Shown one piece after another: positions 31,487 through 40,801 of a stretch of 64,000 nt of DNA. The translations under genes and the position numbers were made by a program. Source of the DNA: Candidatus Poribacteria bacterium (GTDB lineage: Bacteria; Poribacteria; WGA-4E; WGA-3G); NCBI GenBank assembly GCA_965214095.1, contig OZ243938.1, forward strand, positions 1-64,000, written 5' to 3'. The stretch's first letter is position 1, and each line of letters begins with the position of its first letter. The notes below the pieces were generated by a model. It ran no database searches and had not been told where the DNA came from. It saw only the letters and a program-made list of their open reading frames with translations.

Positions 31487-33124
31487 ATGAAAGCATCAGA
31501 ATTGACCGTCAAATGTTTGGAAAATGAAGACGTTGAATATATATTTGGATTACCGGGTGAGGAAAATATGGACATGCTTGATGCTCTATTGGACTCCGAT
31601 ATCCAATTTATACAAACCCGTGATGAACGTGGTGCAGCGTTTATGGCAGATGTTTACGGACGTTTGACAGGTAGGGCAGGGGTGTGTCTTGCCACACTTG
31701 GACCTGGTGCAATGAACCTTGTCACTGGAGTTGCTGATGCAAATATGGACAGGGCACCATTGGTCGCAATTACGGGGCAAGCAAGTTTGGATAGGATGCA
31801 CAAGGAATCCCATCAATACATGGATGTGGTTTCTGTCTTCAAACCTATGACAAAGTGGAATACATTGATACATCTCCCAGAAATTATTCCTGAATCAATT
31901 AGTAAAGCATTCAAATTAGCAACGAGTGAAAAGCCAGGTGCTACACACATTGATTTGCCCGAAGATGTTGCCAAGATGCAAATAGATGCAGAACCGATGA
32001 GACACGATTTTCATAGTGATACAGAACCCATTGACTCCTGTCTTCAAAAGGCAGCGCAGTTGATCAATGATTCAAAGCAACCGATCATTCTTGCAGGGAA
32101 CGGAGTGGTCAGACAAAATGCATCTCGTATTCTGACTCAATTTGCTGAGATGACGAATATACCCGTGGCACACACATTCATGGGAAAGGGGAGTATTCCT
32201 TGGACACACCACTTATCACTGCTTAGTGTAGGACTTCAGGCACATGATTTTGTTTCATGCGGATTTGACCGGGCAGACCTTGTTATTGCAATTGGATATG
32301 ATATTGTTGAATACCATCCGAGCCTTTGGAATCCAAACCGCGATAAAAAACTTATCCATATAGACACACAACAGAGCGAAAGCGATGCCTCTTATGTCAC
32401 AGATGTTGAGATGGTAGGTAATATCAGGCAGGGACTCAGACATTTAATGACACAAGAGATATATCCAAAAGATTCAGAATATGCATCCAACACATTGAGA
32501 AAAATAATTCTTGATCAACTCTCAAAACATCGTGATGACAAAGAGTTTCCAATGAAGCCGCAAAAGATTTTAAGTGATGTTCGGTCTGTACTTGGTGAGG
32601 ACGATATTCTCATCTCAGATGTTGGCGCACATAAAATGTGGATTGCACGTATGTATCCCTGCTATCAACCAAACACATGCATCATATCAAACGGGTTTGC
32701 TTCTATGGGAATAGCAGTACCAGGTGCTTTTGTCGCGAAACTTATACATCCTGAACGCAAATGTCTCGCTGTCTGTGGAGATGGTGGATTCTTAATGAAC
32801 TCACAGGAACTTGAAACAGCAACAAGAACAAAGGTCCCATTCGTAACACTCATATTCAATGACGAGGCTTATGGATTAATTGAATGGAAACAGATGAACG
32901 GTTTTGGCAGACCTTCACATATAGATTTCACGAATCCTGATTTTGTCAAATATGCCGAAGCCTTTGGCGCAAAGGGATATAGAGTTGAAGGTAGTGATGA
33001 ATTGGTACCAATACTAAAAGACGCTTTTAGTCAAAGTGTTCCTTCTGTCATAGATTGTCCTGTCAACTATGCGGAGAACCTACGATTAACTGAAGAACTC
33101 GGACACTTAACTTGTCCGATATGA
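31487..33124 (+). CDS. ThDP-dependent enzyme, acetolactate synthase large-subunit-like (possibly 2-oxoglutarate decarboxylase type)
   Basis: IFGLPGEEN, ATLGPGA, GDGGFLMN...FND ThDP motif; start MKASEL after AGGAG. Confidence 0.88.
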   Translation: MKASELTVKCLENEDVEYIFGLPGEENMDMLDALLDSDIQFIQTRDERGAAFMADVYGRLTGRAGVCLATLGPGAMNLVTGVADANMDRAPLVAITGQASLDRMHKESHQYMDVVSVFKPMTKWNTLIHLPEIIPESISKAFKLATSEKPGATHIDLPEDVAKMQIDAEPMRHDFHSDTEPIDSCLQKAAQLINDSKQPIILAGNGVVRQNASRILTQFAEMTNIPVAHTFMGKGSIPWTHHLSLLSVGLQAHDFVSCGFDRADLVIAIGYDIVEYHPSLWNPNRDKKLIHIDTQQSESDASYVTDVEMVGNIRQGLRHLMTQEIYPKDSEYASNTLRKIILDQLSKHRDDKEFPMKPQKILSDVRSVLGEDDILISDVGAHKMWIARMYPCYQPNTCIISNGFASMGIAVPGAFVAKLIHPERKCLAVCGDGGFLMNSQELETATRTKVPFVTLIFNDEAYGLIEWKQMNGFGRPSHIDFTNPDFVKYAEAFGAKGYRVEGSDELVPILKDAFSQSVPSVIDCPVNYAENLRLTEELGHLTCPI

Positions 33125-33160
33125 TTTTTAACTACACATAGGAGGAGAACATATCCTAAA

Positions 33161-34201
33161 ATGGCAATTTCAACAATTGAATGGGAAGATGGCAGAATAA
33201 AACTAATAGATCAAACGCTGTTACCAAACGAATTCAAGCAGATATATTGTGATGATTTACCAACAATATGGGAAGCGATAAAATCATTACGCGTTCGAGG
33301 TGCACCCGCTATAGGCATCGCTGGTGCGTTAGGTGCAGTTCTCGGAATATGGAATTCACAAGCTGAATCTTACGATGAGTTTGCAACTGAACTGAAATCG
33401 GCGACAGATTATCTTGCAACATCACGACCAACAGCTGTCAATCTGTTTTGGGCACTTGACAGAATCTCAAAGATAGCAGAGGAAAACAAAGATCTATCAA
33501 TATCCACGCTTAAAGATGTTTTACTTTCAGAAGCACTGCTGATTATAGAAGAGGACAAGCAGATGTGCCGTGCAATTGGTCAGCATGGAATGGCATTACT
33601 CAATGAGAACGATACGATATTAACACATTGCAACGCGGGTGGTTTAGCAACATCCGACTATGGTACCGCATTAGCAGTTATGTTCAGTGCTCACGATGCA
33701 GGTAAAAAGATTAGTGTTTTTGCTGATGAGACACGTCCTTTATTGCAAGGAGCACGTCTCACTACATGGGAATTGATGCAGGCAGGGATTGATGTTACGC
33801 TTATTTGTGATAATATGGCTGCACAAGTCATGAAAGAAGAAAAAATCCAGTGCGTAATCGTTGGCGCTGACAGAATTGCTGCTAATGGCGACACAGCTAA
33901 CAAGATTGGTACATACAACGTTGCCATTCTTGCTGAAGCACATGGCATACCTTTTTACGTTGCTGCCCCGACATCTACTTTAGATTATGCGCTTGCGACA
34001 GGTGAAGAAATCCCAATTGAGCAACGTTCAGCCGAAGAAGTAACAGAAGGATTCGGTAAACTGACAGCACCAAAAGGAGTAAAAGTTTATAGTCCTGCCT
34101 TTGATGTCACTCCTGCATCCTTAGTTACTGCGATTATCACTGAAAAAGGAGTTGCACGTCCACCATACACCGAAAGTCTAAAGGCATTGCAAGATTCATA
34201 A
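33161..34201 (+). CDS. mtnA: S-methyl-5-thioribose-1-phosphate isomerase
   Basis: LIDQTLLP, VRGAPAIG, SRPTAVNLFWAL, LTHCNAGGLAT, DETRPLLQGARLT, GDTANKIGTY. Confidence 0.97.
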   Translation: MAISTIEWEDGRIKLIDQTLLPNEFKQIYCDDLPTIWEAIKSLRVRGAPAIGIAGALGAVLGIWNSQAESYDEFATELKSATDYLATSRPTAVNLFWALDRISKIAEENKDLSISTLKDVLLSEALLIIEEDKQMCRAIGQHGMALLNENDTILTHCNAGGLATSDYGTALAVMFSAHDAGKKISVFADETRPLLQGARLTTWELMQAGIDVTLICDNMAAQVMKEEKIQCVIVGADRIAANGDTANKIGTYNVAILAEAHGIPFYVAAPTSTLDYALATGEEIPIEQRSAEEVTEGFGKLTAPKGVKVYSPAFDVTPASLVTAIITEKGVARPPYTESLKALQDS

Positions 34202-34241
34202 TACCATGTGATTCTTTATATTAGAATGGATAATCTGTATA

Positions 34242-35531
34242 TCAAGCAACCCGTGCTATATTTGATCGTGTTCCTTGAACGTCAAAACATTCATATTGAT
34301 TTGTATACATAATCTGTGTGGCAAATGCCATCGCCTGTTTCTCGGTGAGGTATCCATCTGCGATTTCTGCTTCAAGTGCGCGTTGAATTTCATTCCGTGC
34401 TTGGATAGAATATGCATAAGCACTTGTAGGCCATCCCGTGTCCCCGCCAAAGGCAAATAACTTGTTGGAAGGTACGGCATGAATACATCTCCGCAGAAAA
34501 TCACGTGAACTATATGGATCAATACTCCATGCCCAACAGAAGTCTATCCAAATATTGCGATAGTGTTTTGCAAGGGCGACTAATTCATCATTATAAGGAT
34601 ATGCAATGTGCATCAGCACAAACTTAGCATCCAGATATCGAGAAAACAGCGCACACATATTACCCGCAGGAATACGACTGACAGGCATCCTATTATTTCC
34701 TGCATAATAACCAGTGTGGATTTTGAATGGAAGATTGTGTTCAATAGTAAGTTCTACACCACGTGCCCAACACCAATCTCCCAGACATAAACGTGTGGAT
34801 TCATCAATCTGATCGGAGGGTTTAGTCAACACAGCATTGAGTGCAACAGAGGCATCCTTATCACTACGTTCAATCCATTTAAGTGTACGATTGTAAGCGT
34901 GTTGGGATTTAACAGCAATAGCACAGGGGGCATGTTTAGCGAAAATCGCATCTATGCCTTTTTTCAAAGTTGCCAGGTCTTTCACTTCAACACCGGTTTC
35001 AGAGTGGATAGCTTCAGGATTCACCTGTCCATTACAGAAATTTGCCCAAGAAAGATCATATAAGAAAAAATCTTGTCCAGAGGTGTCTGGTGGACACGGC
35101 CAACTGAAGTCATCTGTTTGAATATGGTCAAGTTTCGCAATATCATGCAGGATATGAAGACGTTTCCCAGATTGACGAATAGTTTTTACTTTGTCTTGTG
35201 CTTTTTCAAGGGAATCACCTGTCAGTTCATCAAGTGCGTAGATATGTTTTGCAATGAGACTAACCGCTTCACCATAACCGGTGAATTGTGTGGCATGCCA
35301 AGCATCACGTATTCCCGCAAAACGTGTCCTGATATCTTTTGATGAATCCATTAAGTGTTGCATCGCCTCTGCTGAAGCACCCGCTGTATGTAGGTCAGCG
35401 GGGACATAATTACCAAATAAATCCTGGAGTATATCAGGTCCATTCTTCACCCAATCATCTTCTCGGCGCATGTGTTCATGCGTATCAACCATACGCGTTG
35501 AGTGGATATGATCTGCTAATTCTGTTGTCAT
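34242..35531 (-). CDS. Amidohydrolase-superfamily protein
   Basis: VDTHEH, KIHTG, VLMH, FGGD metal ligands; start MTTEL after GAAAGGA (the longer ORF-track start lies inside the MITE). Confidence 0.8.
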   Translation of the reverse strand: MTTELADHIHSTRMVDTHEHMRREDDWVKNGPDILQDLFGNYVPADLHTAGASAEAMQHLMDSSKDIRTRFAGIRDAWHATQFTGYGEAVSLIAKHIYALDELTGDSLEKAQDKVKTIRQSGKRLHILHDIAKLDHIQTDDFSWPCPPDTSGQDFFLYDLSWANFCNGQVNPEAIHSETGVEVKDLATLKKGIDAIFAKHAPCAIAVKSQHAYNRTLKWIERSDKDASVALNAVLTKPSDQIDESTRLCLGDWCWARGVELTIEHNLPFKIHTGYYAGNNRMPVSRIPAGNMCALFSRYLDAKFVLMHIAYPYNDELVALAKHYRNIWIDFCWAWSIDPYSSRDFLRRCIHAVPSNKLFAFGGDTGWPTSAYAYSIQARNEIQRALEAEIADGYLTEKQAMAFATQIMYTNQYECFDVQGTRSNIARVA

Positions 35532-35567
35532 GAATGTATTCCTTTCCATTATCTGGACATTTTTCTT

Positions 35568-35670
35568 TATAGTACATTTTGAAATTACTTGAACACTCTG
35601 CATCGGCGAGGTTAGGAGACCTCGCCTACCGTGGGTCGAAAGTGTCAACTTATATTTATAATTCACTATA
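35568..35670. mobile_element. 103-bp MITE-like element with a single REP (copy 2)
   Basis: Direct copy of 31285-31387 with 4 substitutions. Confidence 0.82.
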
Positions 35671-36046
35671 ATATAAATTCATACTTGACAAACACATTAT
35701 AATATGATTAACTATAATGTAACTATAATAGACACACTATTTTCATTTAGATATGTCTATTGAAAGTCATTGTGAATATGATATTGTAAAGTCTGCTGAA
35801 GATTATAGACAAATTGTTATGTTATGTCAAAAGAAACATCCAATTCGTATGCAATACTATTCTTTCTTCTAAATATATAATTGTAATCATACATTGTGGA
35901 AATTGTGAATAGGAGATTTTCTTAAAAGTAGTTTTTGTTAGTTATAAGTTTATGCATGCCTTCTGCTTTTTTATTTACGACATTCACGAAATACGTGAAT
36001 CAGTATAGAAACTTGCGTCAGCGGAAGACAATCACAGGAGCATATA

Positions 36047-36979
36047 ATGCCTACAGGACGGATAAAATATTATAATTTAGATAAAGGATTCGGTTTTATA
36101 GCACAAGATAACAGTGAAGAGGATGTTTTCTTACACAGTTCCGCTATTAAATATGCCGACTATGAGGAACTACGTGTTGGTCAGCGCGTTAAATATAATG
36201 TCGTTGAAGGAGATAAAGGATTAGTAGCGAAGAATGTGGAAGTCTTGCTAACCCCTACTGAAAGAAGATGGTTACGACAAGGCAAAACAATAATTCCAAG
36301 AGGATATTCTGGATTCCAAGCTCAGAATCAAGATCAAGCCAGTAATGCTACGCAAGCATTTTCTGACAATTCAGTGAATAAGAATGAAGATGAGCATCCA
36401 AAACATACCCCCACAGATTGGAAAAGTAGTTCTCAGAAGCAAACATCGGGATTACGTTCCAATAGAGAACATACTGAAAAAGAACAAACTTCCAGGCAGT
36501 TAAGTTTCGGAGACCTCTATATCCTCAAACAGATAAATCAGGAAACTCCGATGTATTTTGCTATGTACAATCATGTGAATTTTCCTGCCACTGTTTTAGA
36601 AATGACACTGTCAGGATTTACTCTTAATTGTAATGATAGTGAAGAAGTTGTAAAGAAGTCTGACATCAAGTATTGCTATAAGGATATTGATGCCCAAAAT
36701 GTCACTGCACTACTTGAATATAAAGATGAAGTAAAAGACAAGCAACTGCAGCCGGTTGAAACAGATGATGAGCAATATTCCATTGATACTGAGGCAGTCA
36801 ATCATGCCCGACAGGATGGAAATGCTATCCAGGTTACACTACGCGAAGGTGAGTTTTTTCAAGGGATTATTGATTGGATTAGTCCGTATGAAATAAAGTT
36901 AGTATTGAAAAATGGTGCCAAGATTGTTGTATTTCAACATGCTATCTGTGATTTGGCAGTTGTCAAAATGGAGGAATAA
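36047..36979 (+). CDS. Cold-shock domain protein fused to two Hfq/Sm-like domains
   Basis: CSD aa 1-66 (KGFGFI RNP1, VFLH RNP2); aa ~154-212 ending KKSDIKYCYK; aa ~246-305 IQVTLREGEFFQGIIDWISPYEIKL...IVVFQHAI, aligned by eye to Hfq. CSD call is firm, Hfq calls less so. Confidence 0.75.
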   Translation: MPTGRIKYYNLDKGFGFIAQDNSEEDVFLHSSAIKYADYEELRVGQRVKYNVVEGDKGLVAKNVEVLLTPTERRWLRQGKTIIPRGYSGFQAQNQDQASNATQAFSDNSVNKNEDEHPKHTPTDWKSSSQKQTSGLRSNREHTEKEQTSRQLSFGDLYILKQINQETPMYFAMYNHVNFPATVLEMTLSGFTLNCNDSEEVVKKSDIKYCYKDIDAQNVTALLEYKDEVKDKQLQPVETDDEQYSIDTEAVNHARQDGNAIQVTLREGEFFQGIIDWISPYEIKLVLKNGAKIVVFQHAICDLAVVKMEE

Positions 36980-36980
36980 A

Positions 36981-37574
36981 TTGGAAACCTTACCTGAAGA
37001 AGTCATGGCAACTTATCACGAACTTGTGGAGGAGATTTCACAAGACATAGCAAGATTACAGAAGGAACATGGACGTGGTCCTTGTCCATCAAACTGTTTC
37101 CAATGTTGTCTAAACACATCAACGATTCCCATCAGCGAAGTAGAAGCGCGTGATTTAAAAACAGGTCTTGACGCACTTCCCGAACCTATACGACAACATA
37201 TTCGTGAAAAAGCACAGAGAACAATTGAGGTGTTAGAGAAGAAAGGTTTTTCTCCAGATAAAATGGTTCAGGATGCAGGAATGAAAGCAATTGATGTTAT
37301 TAAAGGTAAATCCTATGGTGAATGTCCTATGCTCGTAGGAGGCGTTTGTACTGTTTACGAACACCGGCCAGTAATCTGCCGTGTATGGGGATATCCTATT
37401 AATAACGGAGCAGAGTTGGCTTGTTGTAAAAAAACGTTTATTGGTGTGCGTCGCAATTTCGAACCTATAGACTATGCAGACTACTGGCGGAGATGTAAAG
37501 AATTGAGTCTGACGCTTGGTGCAAAAGAAAAAACACCAAATTGCTATTTAGTACTAAAGTTGTTGGATGATTAG
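36981..37574 (+). CDS. YkgJ-family cysteine-cluster (CxxCxxCC-type) protein
   Basis: CPSNCFQCC, CPML, CTVYEHRPVICR; TTG start after GGAGGA, 1 nt after the upstream stop. Confidence 0.85.
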   Translation: METLPEEVMATYHELVEEISQDIARLQKEHGRGPCPSNCFQCCLNTSTIPISEVEARDLKTGLDALPEPIRQHIREKAQRTIEVLEKKGFSPDKMVQDAGMKAIDVIKGKSYGECPMLVGGVCTVYEHRPVICRVWGYPINNGAELACCKKTFIGVRRNFEPIDYADYWRRCKELSLTLGAKEKTPNCYLVLKLLDD

Positions 37575-37609
37575 TTGATATAATTTGATGGTCTTTATAC
37601 ACTATACTC

Positions 37610-37939
37610 CTAATCGTCCATTGAATCGATGAGTTCACGTAAGAATTTGAAAGTATAAATTCCTGTTTTATGTCCGTCACTCCACTGTAGTTGAATAGCG
37701 TACCTTCCAACAGGTTGAATCCCAACCAAATGCAGTTTTTCCCAATAATCATCAGTAGGTAACATCCGAAAAGGGTCGTCCTGCTGCTTTTCAGCATCAC
37801 ATCGTGCACATGGACATTTCTCTCTGAGTAACCTATAAGAAAGTTCACTCAGATGTCCATCTTTCCACTGTATTGACAAACTATGAGGTAGTCGTTTGAT
37901 TTCTGTCGGTTTGGATTGTCTAAGATCGTCTTTCATCAT
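37610..37939 (-). CDS. DUF971 / GBBH N-terminal-like Zn-binding protein
   Basis: WKDGH, LREKCPCARC, VGRYAIQLQWSDGHKTGIY. Confidence 0.9.
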   Translation of the reverse strand: MMKDDLRQSKPTEIKRLPHSLSIQWKDGHLSELSYRLLREKCPCARCDAEKQQDDPFRMLPTDDYWEKLHLVGIQPVGRYAIQLQWSDGHKTGIYTFKFLRELIDSMDD

Positions 37940-37946
37940 TCAGTTC

Positions 37947-39206
37947 CTAACTCCACAACCTATCATGTGATCTTTCATTATCCCATTCTGTTGTAGGCAC
38001 AAAATATCCAGTTTCATTTGTATGCAGATGTTCCTTGATAACTTCCTCATTCAGTTCAATACCCAATCCGGGTGTTTCAGGAACAGCAATATAACCGTCT
38101 TGAATAATTGGATTCGGTAATCCAGTTACCATTTCATCCCACCAAGGATTATCTACAGAGTGATTTTCCAATACCATAAAGTTTGATGTTGCCGCTGCAC
38201 AATGAACACTTGCCATAGCACAAACAGGGGTCCCTGCCATGTGGAGAGCCATTGCAATGCCATGTGCTTCCGCGAGGTCACCAATCTTTTTAGTTTCCAG
38301 TATCCCGCCAGATGTTGCAATGTCAGGATGACAGATCGCAATAGCACGGTTTTCAAACAACGGCATAAAATCCTCTTTACAATAGATATCCTCACCAGTG
38401 CAAATTGGCGTCGCACAGGAATTTGATAAACGAACATATTGGTCTGTATATTGCCAAGGAACCATGTCCTCTAACCAAGCAAGGTTATATTTCTCCAATG
38501 CTTTTGCAAGTCTGATACAATCTTCTATTCCAATATGTCCGAAATGGTCTACAGCAAGTGGAATCTCATATCCGATTATGTCACGTACAGATTCCACATA
38601 ATCACATAGTATTCCAATTCCCTTTTCGGTGAGCCGGATGCCTGTGAAGGGATGCATCAGGCTATTTGTCTCCAAATTACCATCGGGAGCAGAGACCGTC
38701 CCAGGAATGCCTCGCAGCAATCCAACACCCAAATCCATTTTCAGAAATGTAAATCCCCTGTCTATCCGTTCTTGTAGTTTCTTACCCATTTCTTCCGGGT
38801 TTTTCAGTGATGGTGTATCACTATAACATCGGATTTTATCTCGGAATTTACCACCAGCAAGTTGATAACACGGTACACCATAAGCCTTACCAGCCAGATC
38901 CATCAGTGCCATTTCAATTCCACAGACACCGCCACCTTGACGCGCATGATGACCAAATTGCTTGATTTGACGAAAGATCTTGTCAACATTACACGGGTTT
39001 TCTCCTAAGATACGACTTTTGAGCATCAGTGCATAAGTTGGACTTGCCCCATCACGAACTTCACCCAGTCCATGTATACCTTGATTAGTACCCAATTTCA
39101 AGATCGGTCCGCCAACTTGAGTCCGGACGAGTCGCATATCAGTAATTTTTAGTTCTGATGGACGTGAGTTAGTATTTACATTAGATAACATGGACTGTGT
39201 TTCCAT
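37947..39206 (-). CDS. Mandelate racemase/muconate-lactonizing enzyme family (acid-sugar dehydratase-like)
   Basis: GIEMALMDLAGK, FLKMD, AVDH, WLED, CTGED, PGLGIELNE. Confidence 0.9.
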   Translation of the reverse strand: METQSMLSNVNTNSRPSELKITDMRLVRTQVGGPILKLGTNQGIHGLGEVRDGASPTYALMLKSRILGENPCNVDKIFRQIKQFGHHARQGGGVCGIEMALMDLAGKAYGVPCYQLAGGKFRDKIRCYSDTPSLKNPEEMGKKLQERIDRGFTFLKMDLGVGLLRGIPGTVSAPDGNLETNSLMHPFTGIRLTEKGIGILCDYVESVRDIIGYEIPLAVDHFGHIGIEDCIRLAKALEKYNLAWLEDMVPWQYTDQYVRLSNSCATPICTGEDIYCKEDFMPLFENRAIAICHPDIATSGGILETKKIGDLAEAHGIAMALHMAGTPVCAMASVHCAAATSNFMVLENHSVDNPWWDEMVTGLPNPIIQDGYIAVPETPGLGIELNEEVIKEHLHTNETGYFVPTTEWDNERSHDRLWS

Positions 39207-39929
39207 CTATGTTTCCTTTATGTAATGGTCTAATGCAGTATCTAAGATACCAAGATGAAGCGCAACACGTTGAGCCATTTCCCAAACAGTCGGTGTCTCA
39301 GGAATGATGACATGTTCGCTATGATAATGTAATAGATAAGGTGCCAATCCTTTTGCACCCCATTTTGATGCCACTCTATATACGCCTTGAGAAACCGCCG
39401 TTGTATCTTCACCAGAATCTTCAGTGTCTATCGGACCTATTAGTTTGACAACATTGGCAATTTGGGGACCAAGATACTGCTGATTTTGTATCCCCTCATA
39501 TAGGTAAAAACCTTTTGCCTCATAGTCTTCATGAAAGTCTATCGTCATAGTAAAGTGCATATTACTTATAGCTTCTTTGACGATTGTAACCTCCAACACA
39601 TCATCTGTTTCAAAGGAACGATTAATATCAACATTATCCTTGTTTTCTCGAATATCATGAATATAACCGTAAGGATTGATACACGGAATTACAACAAAGG
39701 AAAAATGATTTAGAAAATTAGTGTTGTCGCGTGTCAGGAACGATATCGCTGCTTCTACACTTGCTGGTTCATCTCCATGCACGCCACCAGTAATCAGTAT
39801 CTGTTTGGGATGGCATGACTGAGATTGAAGTTGGAAGAGATAAATAGGACTATCGTCAACAGCACCTATGATCTTGTGTGGAAGGTCTAATTGTTGTAAT
39901 CGTCTGATTAGATTGGAATAATCTCGCAA
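39207..39929 (-). CDS. M14 metallocarboxypeptidase (MpaA / succinylglutamate desuccinylase-like)
   Basis: GGVHGDE, PCINPYG, DINRSF, IDFHED, ETP. Confidence 0.85.
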   Translation of the reverse strand: MRDYSNLIRRLQQLDLPHKIIGAVDDSPIYLFQLQSQSCHPKQILITGGVHGDEPASVEAAISFLTRDNTNFLNHFSFVVIPCINPYGYIHDIRENKDNVDINRSFETDDVLEVTIVKEAISNMHFTMTIDFHEDYEAKGFYLYEGIQNQQYLGPQIANVVKLIGPIDTEDSGEDTTAVSQGVYRVASKWGAKGLAPYLLHYHSEHVIIPETPTVWEMAQRVALHLGILDTALDHYIKET

Positions 39930-39968
39930 TATGAATTTTACCCTTTATCTGGATTGTACAAATAGAAT

Positions 39969-40775
39969 CTAATCTTGATTAGCACGCCACTGCGCGAAAT
40001 CTTTCTCAATCTCTTCAGACCATTTCCTGTCTATTTCACCTGGTGTATAAATTCCTTCTCTTAGTCGTTGATGTCCAAACCGATCTCTGAGTTGTACCTC
40101 TTCTCCTTGTTCAACAACTTGTTGTGTAAAGTGTGGTGGAATAAAAATGATTCCCCCACGTCTACCCAAAACAACATCTCCAGGCAGGACAGTCGCTTCA
40201 GCAATTCGGATAGGGATGTTGATACCAGTGAGTGTTACGTTCGCTATACCTGTAGGATCAACGCCGCGTACAAACGTCGCAAAATCAGGTAGTTCATAGA
40301 TACCATCTAAATCTCGTATACCACCGTCAATAACCATCCCAGTTCCAGTTTTAGCATAGATGGAATTACCAAGATTATCACCAGCGAAAGTGCCATCCTT
40401 TACTTTACCAAACAGGTCCACGACAATCACATCATCCTTAACAAGTGTGTCAATAACCCATGAGTTTTGTCCCCCAACGCGTCCATCCTTTTCACCTTGT
40501 GCCGAAACAGCATCATTAAAATCTGGACGTATGGGAACAAAAGCACATGTCACTGCTCGACCAACAAGAATACGATCAGGATGAAGATTCATCCATTCAC
40601 CAGCAAATTGGAATTTATATCCATTACCATTTAGAACACCCCATGCTTGTTCAATGCTGATTGCCTTCATCCTCTGAAGGATATCGTCTGGCACGCGGGG
40701 ACGACCATCGTCAAACCGATCACCTTCCCATAGATGTGTAATGGCAATAATGCTTTCTTTGTTGAGTAATTGCAC
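39969..40775 (-). CDS. RraA/HMG aldolase-family protein
   Basis: LVGRAVT, FAGDNL, VIDGGIRD, VLPGDVVLG; probable GTG start at 40775. Confidence 0.85.
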   Translation of the reverse strand: MQLLNKESIIAITHLWEGDRFDDGRPRVPDDILQRMKAISIEQAWGVLNGNGYKFQFAGEWMNLHPDRILVGRAVTCAFVPIRPDFNDAVSAQGEKDGRVGGQNSWVIDTLVKDDVIVVDLFGKVKDGTFAGDNLGNSIYAKTGTGMVIDGGIRDLDGIYELPDFATFVRGVDPTGIANVTLTGINIPIRIAEATVLPGDVVLGRRGGIIFIPPHFTQQVVEQGEEVQLRDRFGHQRLREGIYTPGEIDRKWSEEIEKDFAQWRANQD

Positions 40776-40801
40776 AATTTTACCTTTTGAAGATTGTTGG
40801 C

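Noticed and set aside
35532-35666. 45-aa N-terminal extension of the amidohydrolase in the ORF track
   Set aside because: It starts inside the 103-bp MITE; a good RBS precedes MTTEL at 35531.
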